Source of the DNA: an uncultured delta proteobacterium
GTDB taxonomy: Bacteria; Myxococcota_A; Polyangia; Polyangiales; B10-G4
NCBI GenBank assembly: GCA_963727445.1
Contig: CAVSGI010000013.1
Location: forward strand, 17,316-81,315
Length of the DNA stretch: 64,000 nucleotides
Direction of reading: 5' to 3'
Part shown: positions 46,793-55,230 of the stretch, piece by piece
How the letters are laid out: each line of letters begins with the position of its first letter
How positions within the stretch are numbered: the stretch's first letter is position 1
Translations under genes and position numbers: made by a program
Notes under the pieces: model-generated
What the model was told of the DNA's origin: nothing
Database searches by the model: none
The model's input: only the letters and a program-made list of their open reading frames with translations

Positions 46793-47297
46793 TTCGTCCG
46801 CTTCTTTCGGGGGGGCGACGATGGTGAGGGTGAACCCGCCGTCGAAGAACGAGTCGTGTCCCCGCCTCGGGGTGAGGAGCGGTGTGATGCAGACGAAGGC
46901 GTCGACGCTCGGAGTCGGCACCATCTCGATCTGGCTGACCGACGCGCTCTGCGGGCCGCTCTCCAGGCGCGCCTTCAGGCGGTAGGTCCCGTCTTCACCG
47001 CCGCGGCTCGTCCAGCAGGACTCGAACTCGGCGCGGCCGTCGGCGAGGGCCTCCTCGAGGATCTCGGATCTCGCCGACGTAGGGGAGCGGCGACATCGTG
47101 AGGCGGAACCGGGGCTCGGGCGGTGGAGGCGGCGAGGGCGGGAGGTGCGGCGCTTCGCGGACGGCCGGTGTGTTTTCGTCCTCGTCTCCACGACCCGCGA
47201 TGGAGACGATGAGCGCGCCGAGCAGGATCGTGCCCGCGAGAGCAGCGACGATCGGGCCCAGCATTCCGGGTGCCCGGTGCACGTCCTCCTCCGCCAT
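46781..47297 (-). CDS. Small membrane protein broken by a 7-bp tandem duplication near 47060
   Basis: MAEEDVHRAPGMLGPIVAALAGTILLGALIVSIAG (TM) ... SPLPYVGEI | frame switch at 'gagatccgagatcctcgaggag' | LEEALADGRAEFESCWTSRGGEDGTYRLKARLESGPQSASVSQIEMVPTPSVDAFVCITPLLTPRRGHDSFFDGGFTLTIVAPPKEADESGF*. Removing one 'gagatcc' copy restores a single frame. Confidence 0.45.
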
Positions 47298-47330
47298 GGC
47301 TCAGAGCATGCCACAGCCGCGAGGCGTCGC

Positions 47331-48866
47331 TCAGGATCTGCGCGCGTAGCGGAGTTGGCGGCGCGTCGAAGGCGTGGTGGCGAGCTGCACCAGCGGGAAG
47401 CGCTGGCGATGCGCCGGGTGCTCGCGGGTGTCCCCGGAGCGCGCCGTCGGTCCGTCCTCTTCGTGGGGGACGCGTAAGCCGATCGCCGCCACACGCCCGC
47501 GGATGAAGTTGAGGAGGTTGATGTGGCCGCGCCGCACCTTCGAGGTGTCCCCCGAGGGAGTGAGATCGCGGCCGCGGTAGCCGACGGGCGGGCCGCCCCA
47601 GTAGCTCTCGCTGCGGATCTGCCCCGCGGGACACGCGGGCAGCTCGTGCCAGATGCGGTGGAGGATCGCGTAGCGGGTCTGGAAGGCGTTCTGCCCGGCG
47701 TCGCTCGTGACCCCCTCGGGGAGGCGCGCGTTCTGGTCGGGCATGCCGCGACCGCCGACGATCCCCGAGGCGGGCCGAAGCATGATGTCCTCGCCCAGGC
47801 TGCTCTCGTCGTAGCGGTAGTGGAGCCGGGTGAGGGTGAGCTGCGCCGGGTAGACGCGGCGAGGCAGGACGTCGCCGCCCAGGGTGAGGACGTCTTGTTC
47901 GGAGAGGGTGGGCCCCGGGCAGGGGTCGCAGCTGCCGGCCGTCCACGCGTACTCGGTGACGATGGCCCCTGGATTGCGGCGGGAGAGCTCGTCGAAGACC
48001 GCGGCATAGACCTCGCCGAAGCGCCCCTTCGCGCGGCCGCGGACGTGCAGGTTGGTCGGCGCGAGGACGTTCGGGTAGTTCGCCGCCTCGAAGCGCGTCT
48101 CGCCGAGGACGTGGATGAGCAGGTCTTGTGCGCCGCCGCTGTTGATCAGACCCAGACGAACCGGAAGCGCGAACTGGTTCGAGTCGTAGTGGATGCGGAG
48201 CGGCGAGAGACGGGCGACGCCGTGATCGAAGTGGACGCGGTCGACGTCCACCTTGGCGACGAAGAAGCGGTGGCCGCTCTCGATGTAGGGCCTGAGCAGC
48301 TCCGAAGCGCCGCTGGGGATGTTGTAGTGATTGTCGACGAGCCAGGTCTCGAGGGCGGAGGAGTCGGAGGCGTCGAGGACGACGACGTCGTACTCGCCCA
48401 CCTGGAACTGTGCGGTGATGCGGACCGCGCTGCCGCCGCCACCGCGACCCGTACCGCGAAGAGCGTAGCCGACTGAACCGAATCCCATGCCCCCGTAGCC
48501 TCGGCCGTAGCCACCGTACGGCCTGTAGCACTCGCCGGGATGCTCCCAGTACTCGACGAGGCGCGGCGCGGCGAGGTTCTCGATTTTCTCGAAGACCTCG
48601 GCGGAGAGCGTGCGCACGTTCTCGCGCTCGATCGCCTGCGGCACCGGCACCACCATCGCGAAGTCCTCGGCAGGCCCCTGATAGTCGTTGCGCATCGACA
48701 AGACCGTGCGCGTCCCCTGCCGCATCATCACCACGCTCGTCGCCGGGTTCTTCAGCTCCTCCTCCCCCGGCTTCACGTAAAACCCACAGAACGCCGCAGC
48801 TGTCCCCGCAGACGCGAGGCAGTAAATCGCCGCGGCGCAACCCATCACGGCACGCGCCATCGTCAT
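47331..48866 (-). CDS. Secreted DUF2330-like protein; C-terminal ~60 aa uncertain
   Basis: Signal peptide MTMARAVMGCAAAIYCLASAGTAAA then 'FCGFYV'. Gly/Tyr-rich 'YGGYGRGYGGMGFG' and DUF2330-like blocks. The tail (...RRQLRYARRS) looks like shadow. The small TM ORF at 46781-47297 follows in the same frame 33 nt after its stop. Confidence 0.5.
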   Translation of the reverse strand: MTMARAVMGCAAAIYCLASAGTAAAFCGFYVKPGEEELKNPATSVVMMRQGTRTVLSMRNDYQGPAEDFAMVVPVPQAIERENVRTLSAEVFEKIENLAAPRLVEYWEHPGECYRPYGGYGRGYGGMGFGSVGYALRGTGRGGGGSAVRITAQFQVGEYDVVVLDASDSSALETWLVDNHYNIPSGASELLRPYIESGHRFFVAKVDVDRVHFDHGVARLSPLRIHYDSNQFALPVRLGLINSGGAQDLLIHVLGETRFEAANYPNVLAPTNLHVRGRAKGRFGEVYAAVFDELSRRNPGAIVTEYAWTAGSCDPCPGPTLSEQDVLTLGGDVLPRRVYPAQLTLTRLHYRYDESSLGEDIMLRPASGIVGGRGMPDQNARLPEGVTSDAGQNAFQTRYAILHRIWHELPACPAGQIRSESYWGGPPVGYRGRDLTPSGDTSKVRRGHINLLNFIRGRVAAIGLRVPHEEDGPTARSGDTREHPAHRQRFPLVQLATTPSTRRQLRYARRS

Positions 48867-48916
48867 GCCGGTTTAGACCCCCATCAGCCCCCCAAGTTCC
48901 CAACGGGGACGGTCTA

Positions 48917-49093
48917 CACTTTTCAACTTTTGCCCCAAACCAGACGATGGGGACGGTCTACACTTTTCAACTTTTGCCCCAAACCAGACGAGGCGGGCAA
49001 AGTTGAAAAGTGTAGACCGTCCCCGTTAGAGGCGGGCAAAAGTTGAAAAGTGTAGACCGTCCCCGTTAGAGGCGGGCGGGGAGGAGGAGGGTG
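48917..49093. repeat. Four-copy 43-bp repeat: two direct copies then two inverted copies (perfect long palindrome) with an AT-rich core
   Basis: Direct 'aacggggacggtctacacttttcaacttttgccccaaaccagacga' x2 (48925-49010), then 'gcgggcaaa(a)gttgaaaagtgtagaccgtccccgttagag' x2 (49012-49090), which is the reverse complement of the core. The core contains TTGAAA-N17-TTAGAG-like hexamers. It lies between the 49066 gene stop and the DUF2330 start. Confidence 0.85.
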
Positions 49094-50778
49094 AAGGTGC
49101 CGTCGGCGGCGACGACGGTGCGGCCGACGGCGACGTTGCGCTCGGTTCCGTCGTCTTCGGTGATCATCGCGAAGGCGCGGATCTCGGCACCCGGATGGGC
49201 CGAGAGGGTGCCGGTGACGGGGATCGGAGCGGTGACCTCGAAGACGTCGCTGTAGCTGGTGCCGGAGCCCATGGCGCCCGAGCCCACGACGAAGCTGGGC
49301 CGAACCACCCAGGGGAAGTTGCTCTCGGGCGGCGGCTTGATGAAGAGGTCGTAGACGCCCACGTCGAGGGGGATGTTGAACTGGCCGGTCGGGTCGGTGG
49401 TCGTCTGGCCAGTGCGGTTGAAGCGCGCCGCCGGCAGCTCCTCGAGCGCCCGGCCGAGGGCGGTGGCCGTGACGGCGGCGTCGCGCATCAGGCGGCTGTC
49501 GCCCGTGCGGACGATGCCGCCCACCGCGGCGCGCTCCGGAAGCTGAAAGAGCTGGCCCTGGATGCACTCGCGCGCAGGATCGGCGTTGATCATGAAGGCG
49601 GACTCGTGGAGCACGCCGTAGCGCGACACGTCGTGATCAGCGGGAGGCGTCACCAGCACGTCGTAGGAGCCAGGCAGGAGCATCGCCTCGAAGGTACCGT
49701 CGGCCTGCGCGGTGAGGGTGGTCTCGAAAGTCCCGGAGAGCCCGGTCTCGGGGTCGAGCACCTCGTCGGTGGTGAAGGTGATCGTCGCGCTTTCGGCGAC
49801 CTCGCCCGTGCTCCCGAGCTCGACGCTCCCGCGATAGCAGACCGGCCGAATCATCGGGACGAGGATCCGAACGAAGCCGTCGGGGTCCGCCACCAGGTAG
49901 TCGGGGTTTGCGAAGATGGTCGGGCTGGTCGTGTCCTCGCCAGTACCGATTCGGATCAGGTAGCTCTCGGTGTTGGGCAAGAGGTCGAGGGTGAACTGCC
50001 CCATGGTGCCCTCGTCGGCGGAGGTCACGACGGTGGAGGACACCCGCCGGCCCGTCTCCGCGTCCACCGCCCAGACCGTCCGGCCCGGCGCGGGGAGCTC
50101 CATGCTGTTGATCACCAGGCCGTGAAGCTGCTCGAAGGTCTCGGGATAGTTGATCGCGATCGACGCATAATCGCCGCCGCCCGGGACGGGTCGCCCGAGA
50201 ATGCGGAGCGGCGGCACCCGGCTCGCCCAATCGCCGACGGGCGTCACGGTGATGTCGTACTCACGGTCGGGCACGAGCTCCGTCTGAAAGTCCGCCTCGG
50301 TTCCTTCGACCGCGTAGGGCATCGCCGACGTCGTCGTCTCGACCTCGATGCGGCGAGCGCCGGGAAAGGCGCCCGGACGCGAGAACTTGAGGTTGGCGCT
50401 GACCGGCCCTTCCTCACCGGGGACGCGCACGGTCCCGATGACGGTGATGGAAGGGGGCAGGGGGAGCTCGCCCAGGTCCGTCGCGCCGCTCACGTCGTAG
50501 GGGCCGAGGCTGTGCGTCGCATTCGCGATCGCGCCCGCCGCAGCGGGGGGCGTCACCTCGAGCCCGATGTGCAGGGTCTCGGTGTCCGAGGTGACGCACA
50601 TGCCCAGGTCGACGGCACACACCGCGCCGGTGCAATCGGAATCCGACGAGCACCGGTTCTCGATGGGCGTCTCGCTGGCGAGCGACAGCCCACAGCCCGA
50701 GAGCGCCAGAAGCGCGAGCATGCCGAGAGCACATCTCGGGAATGCGACCGAGCATCGCGCAGCGCGGCCCCGCGTCAT
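49066..50778 (-). CDS. Large hypothetical lipoprotein with β-rich / Ig-like repeats
   Basis: Internal start at 50778 (MTRGRAARCSVAFPRCALGMLALLALSGCGLS lipobox). The upstream part of the ORF is shadow. β-strand-rich T/V/G composition. The start overlaps the stop of the next gene as ATGA. Confidence 0.55.
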   Translation of the reverse strand: MTRGRAARCSVAFPRCALGMLALLALSGCGLSLASETPIENRCSSDSDCTGAVCAVDLGMCVTSDTETLHIGLEVTPPAAAGAIANATHSLGPYDVSGATDLGELPLPPSITVIGTVRVPGEEGPVSANLKFSRPGAFPGARRIEVETTTSAMPYAVEGTEADFQTELVPDREYDITVTPVGDWASRVPPLRILGRPVPGGGDYASIAINYPETFEQLHGLVINSMELPAPGRTVWAVDAETGRRVSSTVVTSADEGTMGQFTLDLLPNTESYLIRIGTGEDTTSPTIFANPDYLVADPDGFVRILVPMIRPVCYRGSVELGSTGEVAESATITFTTDEVLDPETGLSGTFETTLTAQADGTFEAMLLPGSYDVLVTPPADHDVSRYGVLHESAFMINADPARECIQGQLFQLPERAAVGGIVRTGDSRLMRDAAVTATALGRALEELPAARFNRTGQTTTDPTGQFNIPLDVGVYDLFIKPPPESNFPWVVRPSFVVGSGAMGSGTSYSDVFEVTAPIPVTGTLSAHPGAEIRAFAMITEDDGTERNVAVGRTVVAADGTFTLLLPARL

Positions 50779-51299
50779 TGGCACGACACCATCTCCACGC
50801 CCGCGGCGCTGGGGTCGCTCGAGTCGAAGGCCGCAATCCACCAGGTCGCGGTGCCCAGGTCCTCGGAGTCCTCGGGCTGGTCCGTTCCGAACTGGAACGC
50901 GCTGCTCACCCGCAGCTCGAGGGGGTAGCAACGCCCAGCGACCAGATTGTTGAGGCCGCTGAACTCGAAGGAGTAGGGGTTGCGCTGCTCGGGGGCGATG
51001 GTGCCGGCGTCGAGCGTTCGTTCGGTGGGAGACTTCTGCAGCACCACGTAGCGGAACAGCTCCTGGTCCTCGTTGCAGTCCCGGATCTCCACCTCGAAGG
51101 TCAGGTCGCGGACCCCGCTGCCCGCGTCGCCCGACGGGTCCTCCGCGAGGTCGACCTTGATGACGCTTCCCAGCGGCCGCGGTGCCGCTTCGAGTGTGGC
51201 CGTCTCCACCGAGGGGGGGCAGAACGGCTCTTGGGGGAAGTCTTTCTTGGTCACCAAACAGCCCGTCAACAAGCAGCATGCGGCGACGACCGCGCGCAT
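50775..51299 (-). CDS. Small lipoprotein
   Basis: Internal start MRAVVAACCLLTGCLVTKKDF at 51299. 174 aa. Confidence 0.5.
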   Translation of the reverse strand: MRAVVAACCLLTGCLVTKKDFPQEPFCPPSVETATLEAAPRPLGSVIKVDLAEDPSGDAGSGVRDLTFEVEIRDCNEDQELFRYVVLQKSPTERTLDAGTIAPEQRNPYSFEFSGLNNLVAGRCYPLELRVSSAFQFGTDQPEDSEDLGTATWWIAAFDSSDPSAAGVEMVSCQ

Positions 51300-51501
51300 G
51301 GACCAGGGCAAAGCAAGGCGCGCGCCACCCCCGTCAGGATGGGAAATTTCCAGGAGATCGCGGGGGAGGAGTGACATGTGCCTGGGGCAGAATGCCCGGA
51401 TCCACGACATCGATGTCAGTCCCGGGCTCGGACGCCCACGAGGGGGCGTGGAGAAACAATTGTAGTACGTCCAACGCTGGCGAGCCGACAAACCGTGCTA
51501 G

Positions 51502-53325
51502 CTAGCCCCCAGGATCCGGGGCGTCCGGCTCCCGTTCGAGGTACCGGAAGATGGTTCGTGGATCGACGCCCAGGTCCCGGGCGGTCTTGGTGCGGTTGCC
51601 GTTGTTCCGCTCGAGCACCTCGAGGATGTAGCGGCGCTGGAAGTCTTCGCGGGCCTCGGCCAGGGGCACCACCGCCTTGAGGGCCTCGGGGAAGAGGTCG
51701 AGGTCCTCGGGCCCGACGAGCGTCTTGTCGCAGAGCACGATCGCCTTCTTGATGCGGTTCTCGAGCTGCCGGATGTTGCCGGGCCAGTCGTACTTGCGCA
51801 TCGCATGAAGCGCGCCGGGCGTGAAGCCCTTCACCTTCGAACCGAACTCCTCGGCGTACTTGTGGAGGAAGAACTTGGCGATGACCATCATGTCGTCGCC
51901 GCGCTCGCGCAGCGGCGGCAGGTGCAGGTTGACCACGTTGAGGCGGTAGTAGAGGTCCTCGCGGAAGTTCTGCTTCTTGATCTCCTCTTCGAGGTCGCGG
52001 TTGGTCGCGGCGACGACGCGGATGTCCACCGGCTCGGACTTGGTGTCGCCGACCTTCATCACCACCTTCTCCTGCAGCGCGCGCAAGAGCTTCACCTGGA
52101 GCGCCACCGGCATCTCGCCGATCTCGTCGAGGAAGAGGGTGCCACCGTCGGCCGCCTGGAACTTGCCCTCCCGGGTGGCCACCGCGCCGGTGAACGCGCC
52201 GCGCACGTGCCCGAAGAGCTCCGACTCCATCAGGTTCTCGGGGATGGCGCCGCAGTTGACCACCACGAAGGGCCCGTCTTTGCGCTGCGAGCGGTTGTGG
52301 ATCTCGCGGGCGATCAGCTCCTTGCCGGTGCCCGTCTCGCCGGTGATCAACACGCTGATGTCGGTGCCCGCGACCTTCTCGAGCTTCTTGAAGACCTCGA
52401 GCAGCGCCGGGCAGGCTGCCGATGATGTCGCCGAAGCGCTTCTCGCCCATCAGCGCTCGCGAGCTCGTCGCGATCGCTCTTGAGCTCGTCGAGGAGAAGC
52501 GCGTTCTGGAGGATCAGCGCGCCCTGGGTCGGCGAAGATCGTGAGCACGTCGAGGCTCGACTGCTCGAAGAGGCTACGCACGTTGTCGTTGCCGACGTAG
52601 ATGCATGCCGAGCAGCTGCCCCTGCGCCATCAGCGGCGCGCACATCACCTAGCAGAGCTGCAGGTTCATCACGCTCTCGGAGCCCTTGAACATGGAGTCG
52701 TGCAGGGCATCGCTGACGATCAGCGGCTTCTTGGATTCGACGACGCGCGCGATGATGCTGTCCGACAGGTGCCGGACGCCGTCGGGCAGGTCCTTCTGCT
52801 CGACGTTGCGCGCCACCGTCACCTTGCGGCTCGCCGTTCTCGAGGAGGATCACGAAGCCCTTGTGGGCGAGGTCACGTCGATGACCGCGTCCACCAGCGC
52901 CGTTGAGCTGCTCCTGCACGCTCGACAGGCCATCAGGCGCTCGCTGAACTCGTGCCAGCTTCCGCATGCCCGCCAGCTCCGCCTCCGGGCTCGCCTCCCC
53001 CGGCTCCTCGTCGTCGCCGACGGTCGCCGCCTCGTCGAAGATCGAGAAGACCAGCTCGATCTCCTCGCCGATGAGGATCCGATCGCCATGGAAGATCTTC
53101 CCCCGCCGCTTCTTCTTGCCGTTGATCTGGAGCTCGCCACCCTTCTCGATCTCCGAGAGGCTGAAGTCCTTCCCGTCGAAGACGATCTGCGCGTGGTAGT
53201 CGGCGAAGGCTCTTCGAATCGATCGCGACGTCGTTGCCGCCGCCACGGCCGATCGACGTGATCTTCTTGAAAATCGGGAAGACGTGGGGACGCCCCTCGG
53301 GGACGATCCACTTCAGGCTGGGCAT
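51502..53325 (-). pseudogene. FHA-domain σ54-dependent transcriptional activator with at least 3 frameshifts
   Basis: FHA 'MPSLKWIVPEGRPHVFPIFKKITSIGRGGGNDVAI' | 'FADYHAQIVFDGKDFSLSEIEKGGELQINGKKKRRGKIFHGDRILIG'. AAA+ 'MGEKRFGDIIGS' | (one extra G in cccggcgc) | 'VLITGETGTGKELIAREIH...GAFTGA...ESELFGH' with GAFTGA. C-terminal HTH 'RTKTARDLGVDPRTIFRYL'. Confidence 0.7.
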
Positions 53326-53356
53326 TCGAGCGGGAGCATACCAGAGTTGATAAGCT

Positions 53357-54080
53357 GTGATTGTGTGCCGCTCGGGCCGATGGATCGCTAGCTCTCTCAT
53401 CGCGCTCTGCCTCGCCGCTGGCTGCCGAACGGGCTTCCCCAGCGCCGCGCATGGGGACAGAGACGCCGCGCGCGATTCGGGCCCGCCCGACGCGCCCGAG
53501 TCGTTTGACGCCGGAGCCACCGCCGACGCAGGGGCCGACGCCGACTCGGCAGCGGGCGCCTTCGACTCGAGCCTCGACGCCCTGGACGGCGACGCCCTGG
53601 ACGCCCCACGCCCTGGACGCCGCCGATGCCCTGGACGCCGCCGATGTTCTGGACGCCGCCGACGCGCTGGATGCCGCCGACGCGGGCGACGCGGGCTGCG
53701 TCATGGCCTACCTCGACATGGACGGGGACGGCTACGGGGCCGGCCCCGCCATTCGCCCCTGCCCCACCGGCTCGGGCTTCTCGGAGCTCAACGGCGACTG
53801 CGACGACACGGACGCCCGCGCCTTCCCCGGTCAGGCCTTGTATTTCCCGACCCCGCTGGCGGGAGGCGGCTTCGACTACGACTGCAACGGCTACGACCAG
53901 GCGCAGTACCGGCTGGAGTTCCAGTGCGCGAGCGCCATCACCGAGTGCATCCTCCTCCGCGAGGGCTTCTACATGCCCGTCCCGGGCTGCGGCGTCACCG
54001 GCAGGCTCGCCCTTTCGTGCGTCGTCGTCGGCGACGGTTGCGGCACGATGGACGTCTACACCGCCCAACCCTGCCACTGA
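53357..54080 (+). CDS. Lipoprotein with (LDAAD)n repeats and a MopE-like Cys metal-binding motif; frameshift inside the repeat
   Basis: Frame 1: MIVCRSGRWIASSLIALCLAAGCRTG...SSLDALDGDALDA. Frame 2: LDAADALDAADVLDAADALDAADAGDAGCVMAYLDMDGDGYGAGPAIRPCPTGSGFSELNGDCDDTDARAFPGQ...FDYDCNGYDQAQ...TAQPCH*. The switch falls within a 15-bp tandem repeat (~53595). Confidence 0.55.
53575..53695. repeat. 15-bp tandem repeat (ctggacgccgccgat-type) encoding LDAAD
   Basis: gccctggacgccgccgatgccctggacgccgccgatgttctggacgccgccgacgcgctggatgccgccgacgcg. Confidence 0.7.
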
Positions 54081-54089
54081 AGACGCGCG

Positions 54090-55097
54090 TCAGGAGCCTG
54101 CCGCGCTGACGGTCAGCGTGATGGTGTCCGTCGGCGTCGTGGTCGAGTAGGGGGAGACCACGATGTAATAGGTCGAGAACGCAGACGCGGTGAAGGTCAC
54201 CTCGGAGTCGAGCCCACCGGTGGTCGGGGAGTCGTCGTTGCAAGCGACCTCGTAACTCGAAGAGCAGAGCGAGCTGTCGTAGACCGCGAGCACCGTGTCT
54301 GCGCCGGATGAGCCCGCCGCGGTGACGGTCACGCTGCCCGAGGAGAACGCCGTGTAGGCGAAGGCGACGTCCGGCCGGGCCGAGGTGGCTCCGCAGCTGA
54401 AGGGCGTGTGGTCGGCGACGTGACCGCTGAAGGTGAAGGAAGCCGAGGTCGAGATGGAGGTCGCGCTGGAGCAGCTCTCGCCCGCGGTGGTCGGCGGAGG
54501 CGGAGGCGGCGCCTCGCACAGCCCCGACACGCACATCTCGCCGGAGCCGCAGCTACCGCACGATCCGCCGCATCCGTCGGCGCCGCACTCGACGCCGCTG
54601 CAGGCGGGGACACAGGTGGAGACGCACGCACCGGAGCGGCAGGCCTCGCCGGTGCCGCAGGTGTTGTAGCAGTCGCCGCAGTGGCTGCTGTTGGTCGAGG
54701 TGTCGACGCAGGAGTCGCCGCACATGGTGCGGGGCGAGGGGCAGGTCGGGCCCTCCATGATGCACTCGCCCGCATCGCAGTACGCGCCCGTCCCGCAGGC
54801 GTTGCCGCACGCGCCGCAGTTGTAGTCGTCATAGTCGGTGTCGACGCAGCCCCCGTCACAGTCGGTGAAGCCGCTCTCACAGGAGGGCGGGGGCGGAGGT
54901 TCGGCGTCGGGGACCACCGACGCGTCCTCCTCCGTGCCTCCGTCGGGAGCGACGACGCCTCCATCGTCCATCGGCGGTACGACAGAGCCGTCCGAGGGGC
55001 CGCGCGGATTGCCGATGCCGCGGCTCCGGGCGCCGTTGCAGCCGAGGGCGGTGGCGAGGATGAGGGAGAGGAGGCTGAGGTAGAGGAAGCGGGGCAT
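54090..55097 (-). CDS. Lipoprotein with myxobacterial Cys-rich repeats and a Ser/Thr-rich β C-terminal domain
   Basis: Lipobox MPRFLYLSLLSLILATALGCNG. 'CVDTDYDDYNCGACGNACGTGAYC', 'CVDTSTNSSHCGDCYNTCGTGEAC'. Poly-Pro segments. Confidence 0.7.
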   Translation of the reverse strand: MPRFLYLSLLSLILATALGCNGARSRGIGNPRGPSDGSVVPPMDDGGVVAPDGGTEEDASVVPDAEPPPPPSCESGFTDCDGGCVDTDYDDYNCGACGNACGTGAYCDAGECIMEGPTCPSPRTMCGDSCVDTSTNSSHCGDCYNTCGTGEACRSGACVSTCVPACSGVECGADGCGGSCGSCGSGEMCVSGLCEAPPPPPPTTAGESCSSATSISTSASFTFSGHVADHTPFSCGATSARPDVAFAYTAFSSGSVTVTAAGSSGADTVLAVYDSSLCSSSYEVACNDDSPTTGGLDSEVTFTASAFSTYYIVVSPYSTTTPTDTITLTVSAAGS

Positions 55098-55230
55098 TTC
55101 GGGACTCCAGGAAACGGCTGTCGATGCCTGTTCGTCCCCTCCTACGGAGCGGCCTCCATGCTCCTTCCTTCCCGCGCCAAACTGGCGAGGGGTCTCTCAC
55201 AGAAGGCCCGTGAAAGGGCCCGAAAAGCCC

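Noticed and set aside
48917-49093. Possible CRISPR array
   Set aside because: Only four units with no unique spacers between them, and two are inverted relative to the others. That is inconsistent with CRISPR architecture, so it is reported as a palindromic repeat instead.
50781-50800. 'ttggcacgacaccatct' resembling a σ54 -24/-12 element (TGGCAC-N5-TTGC)
   Set aside because: The -12 element does not match (CATC rather than TTGC), and the site lies inside a coding region at the start of a lipoprotein gene.
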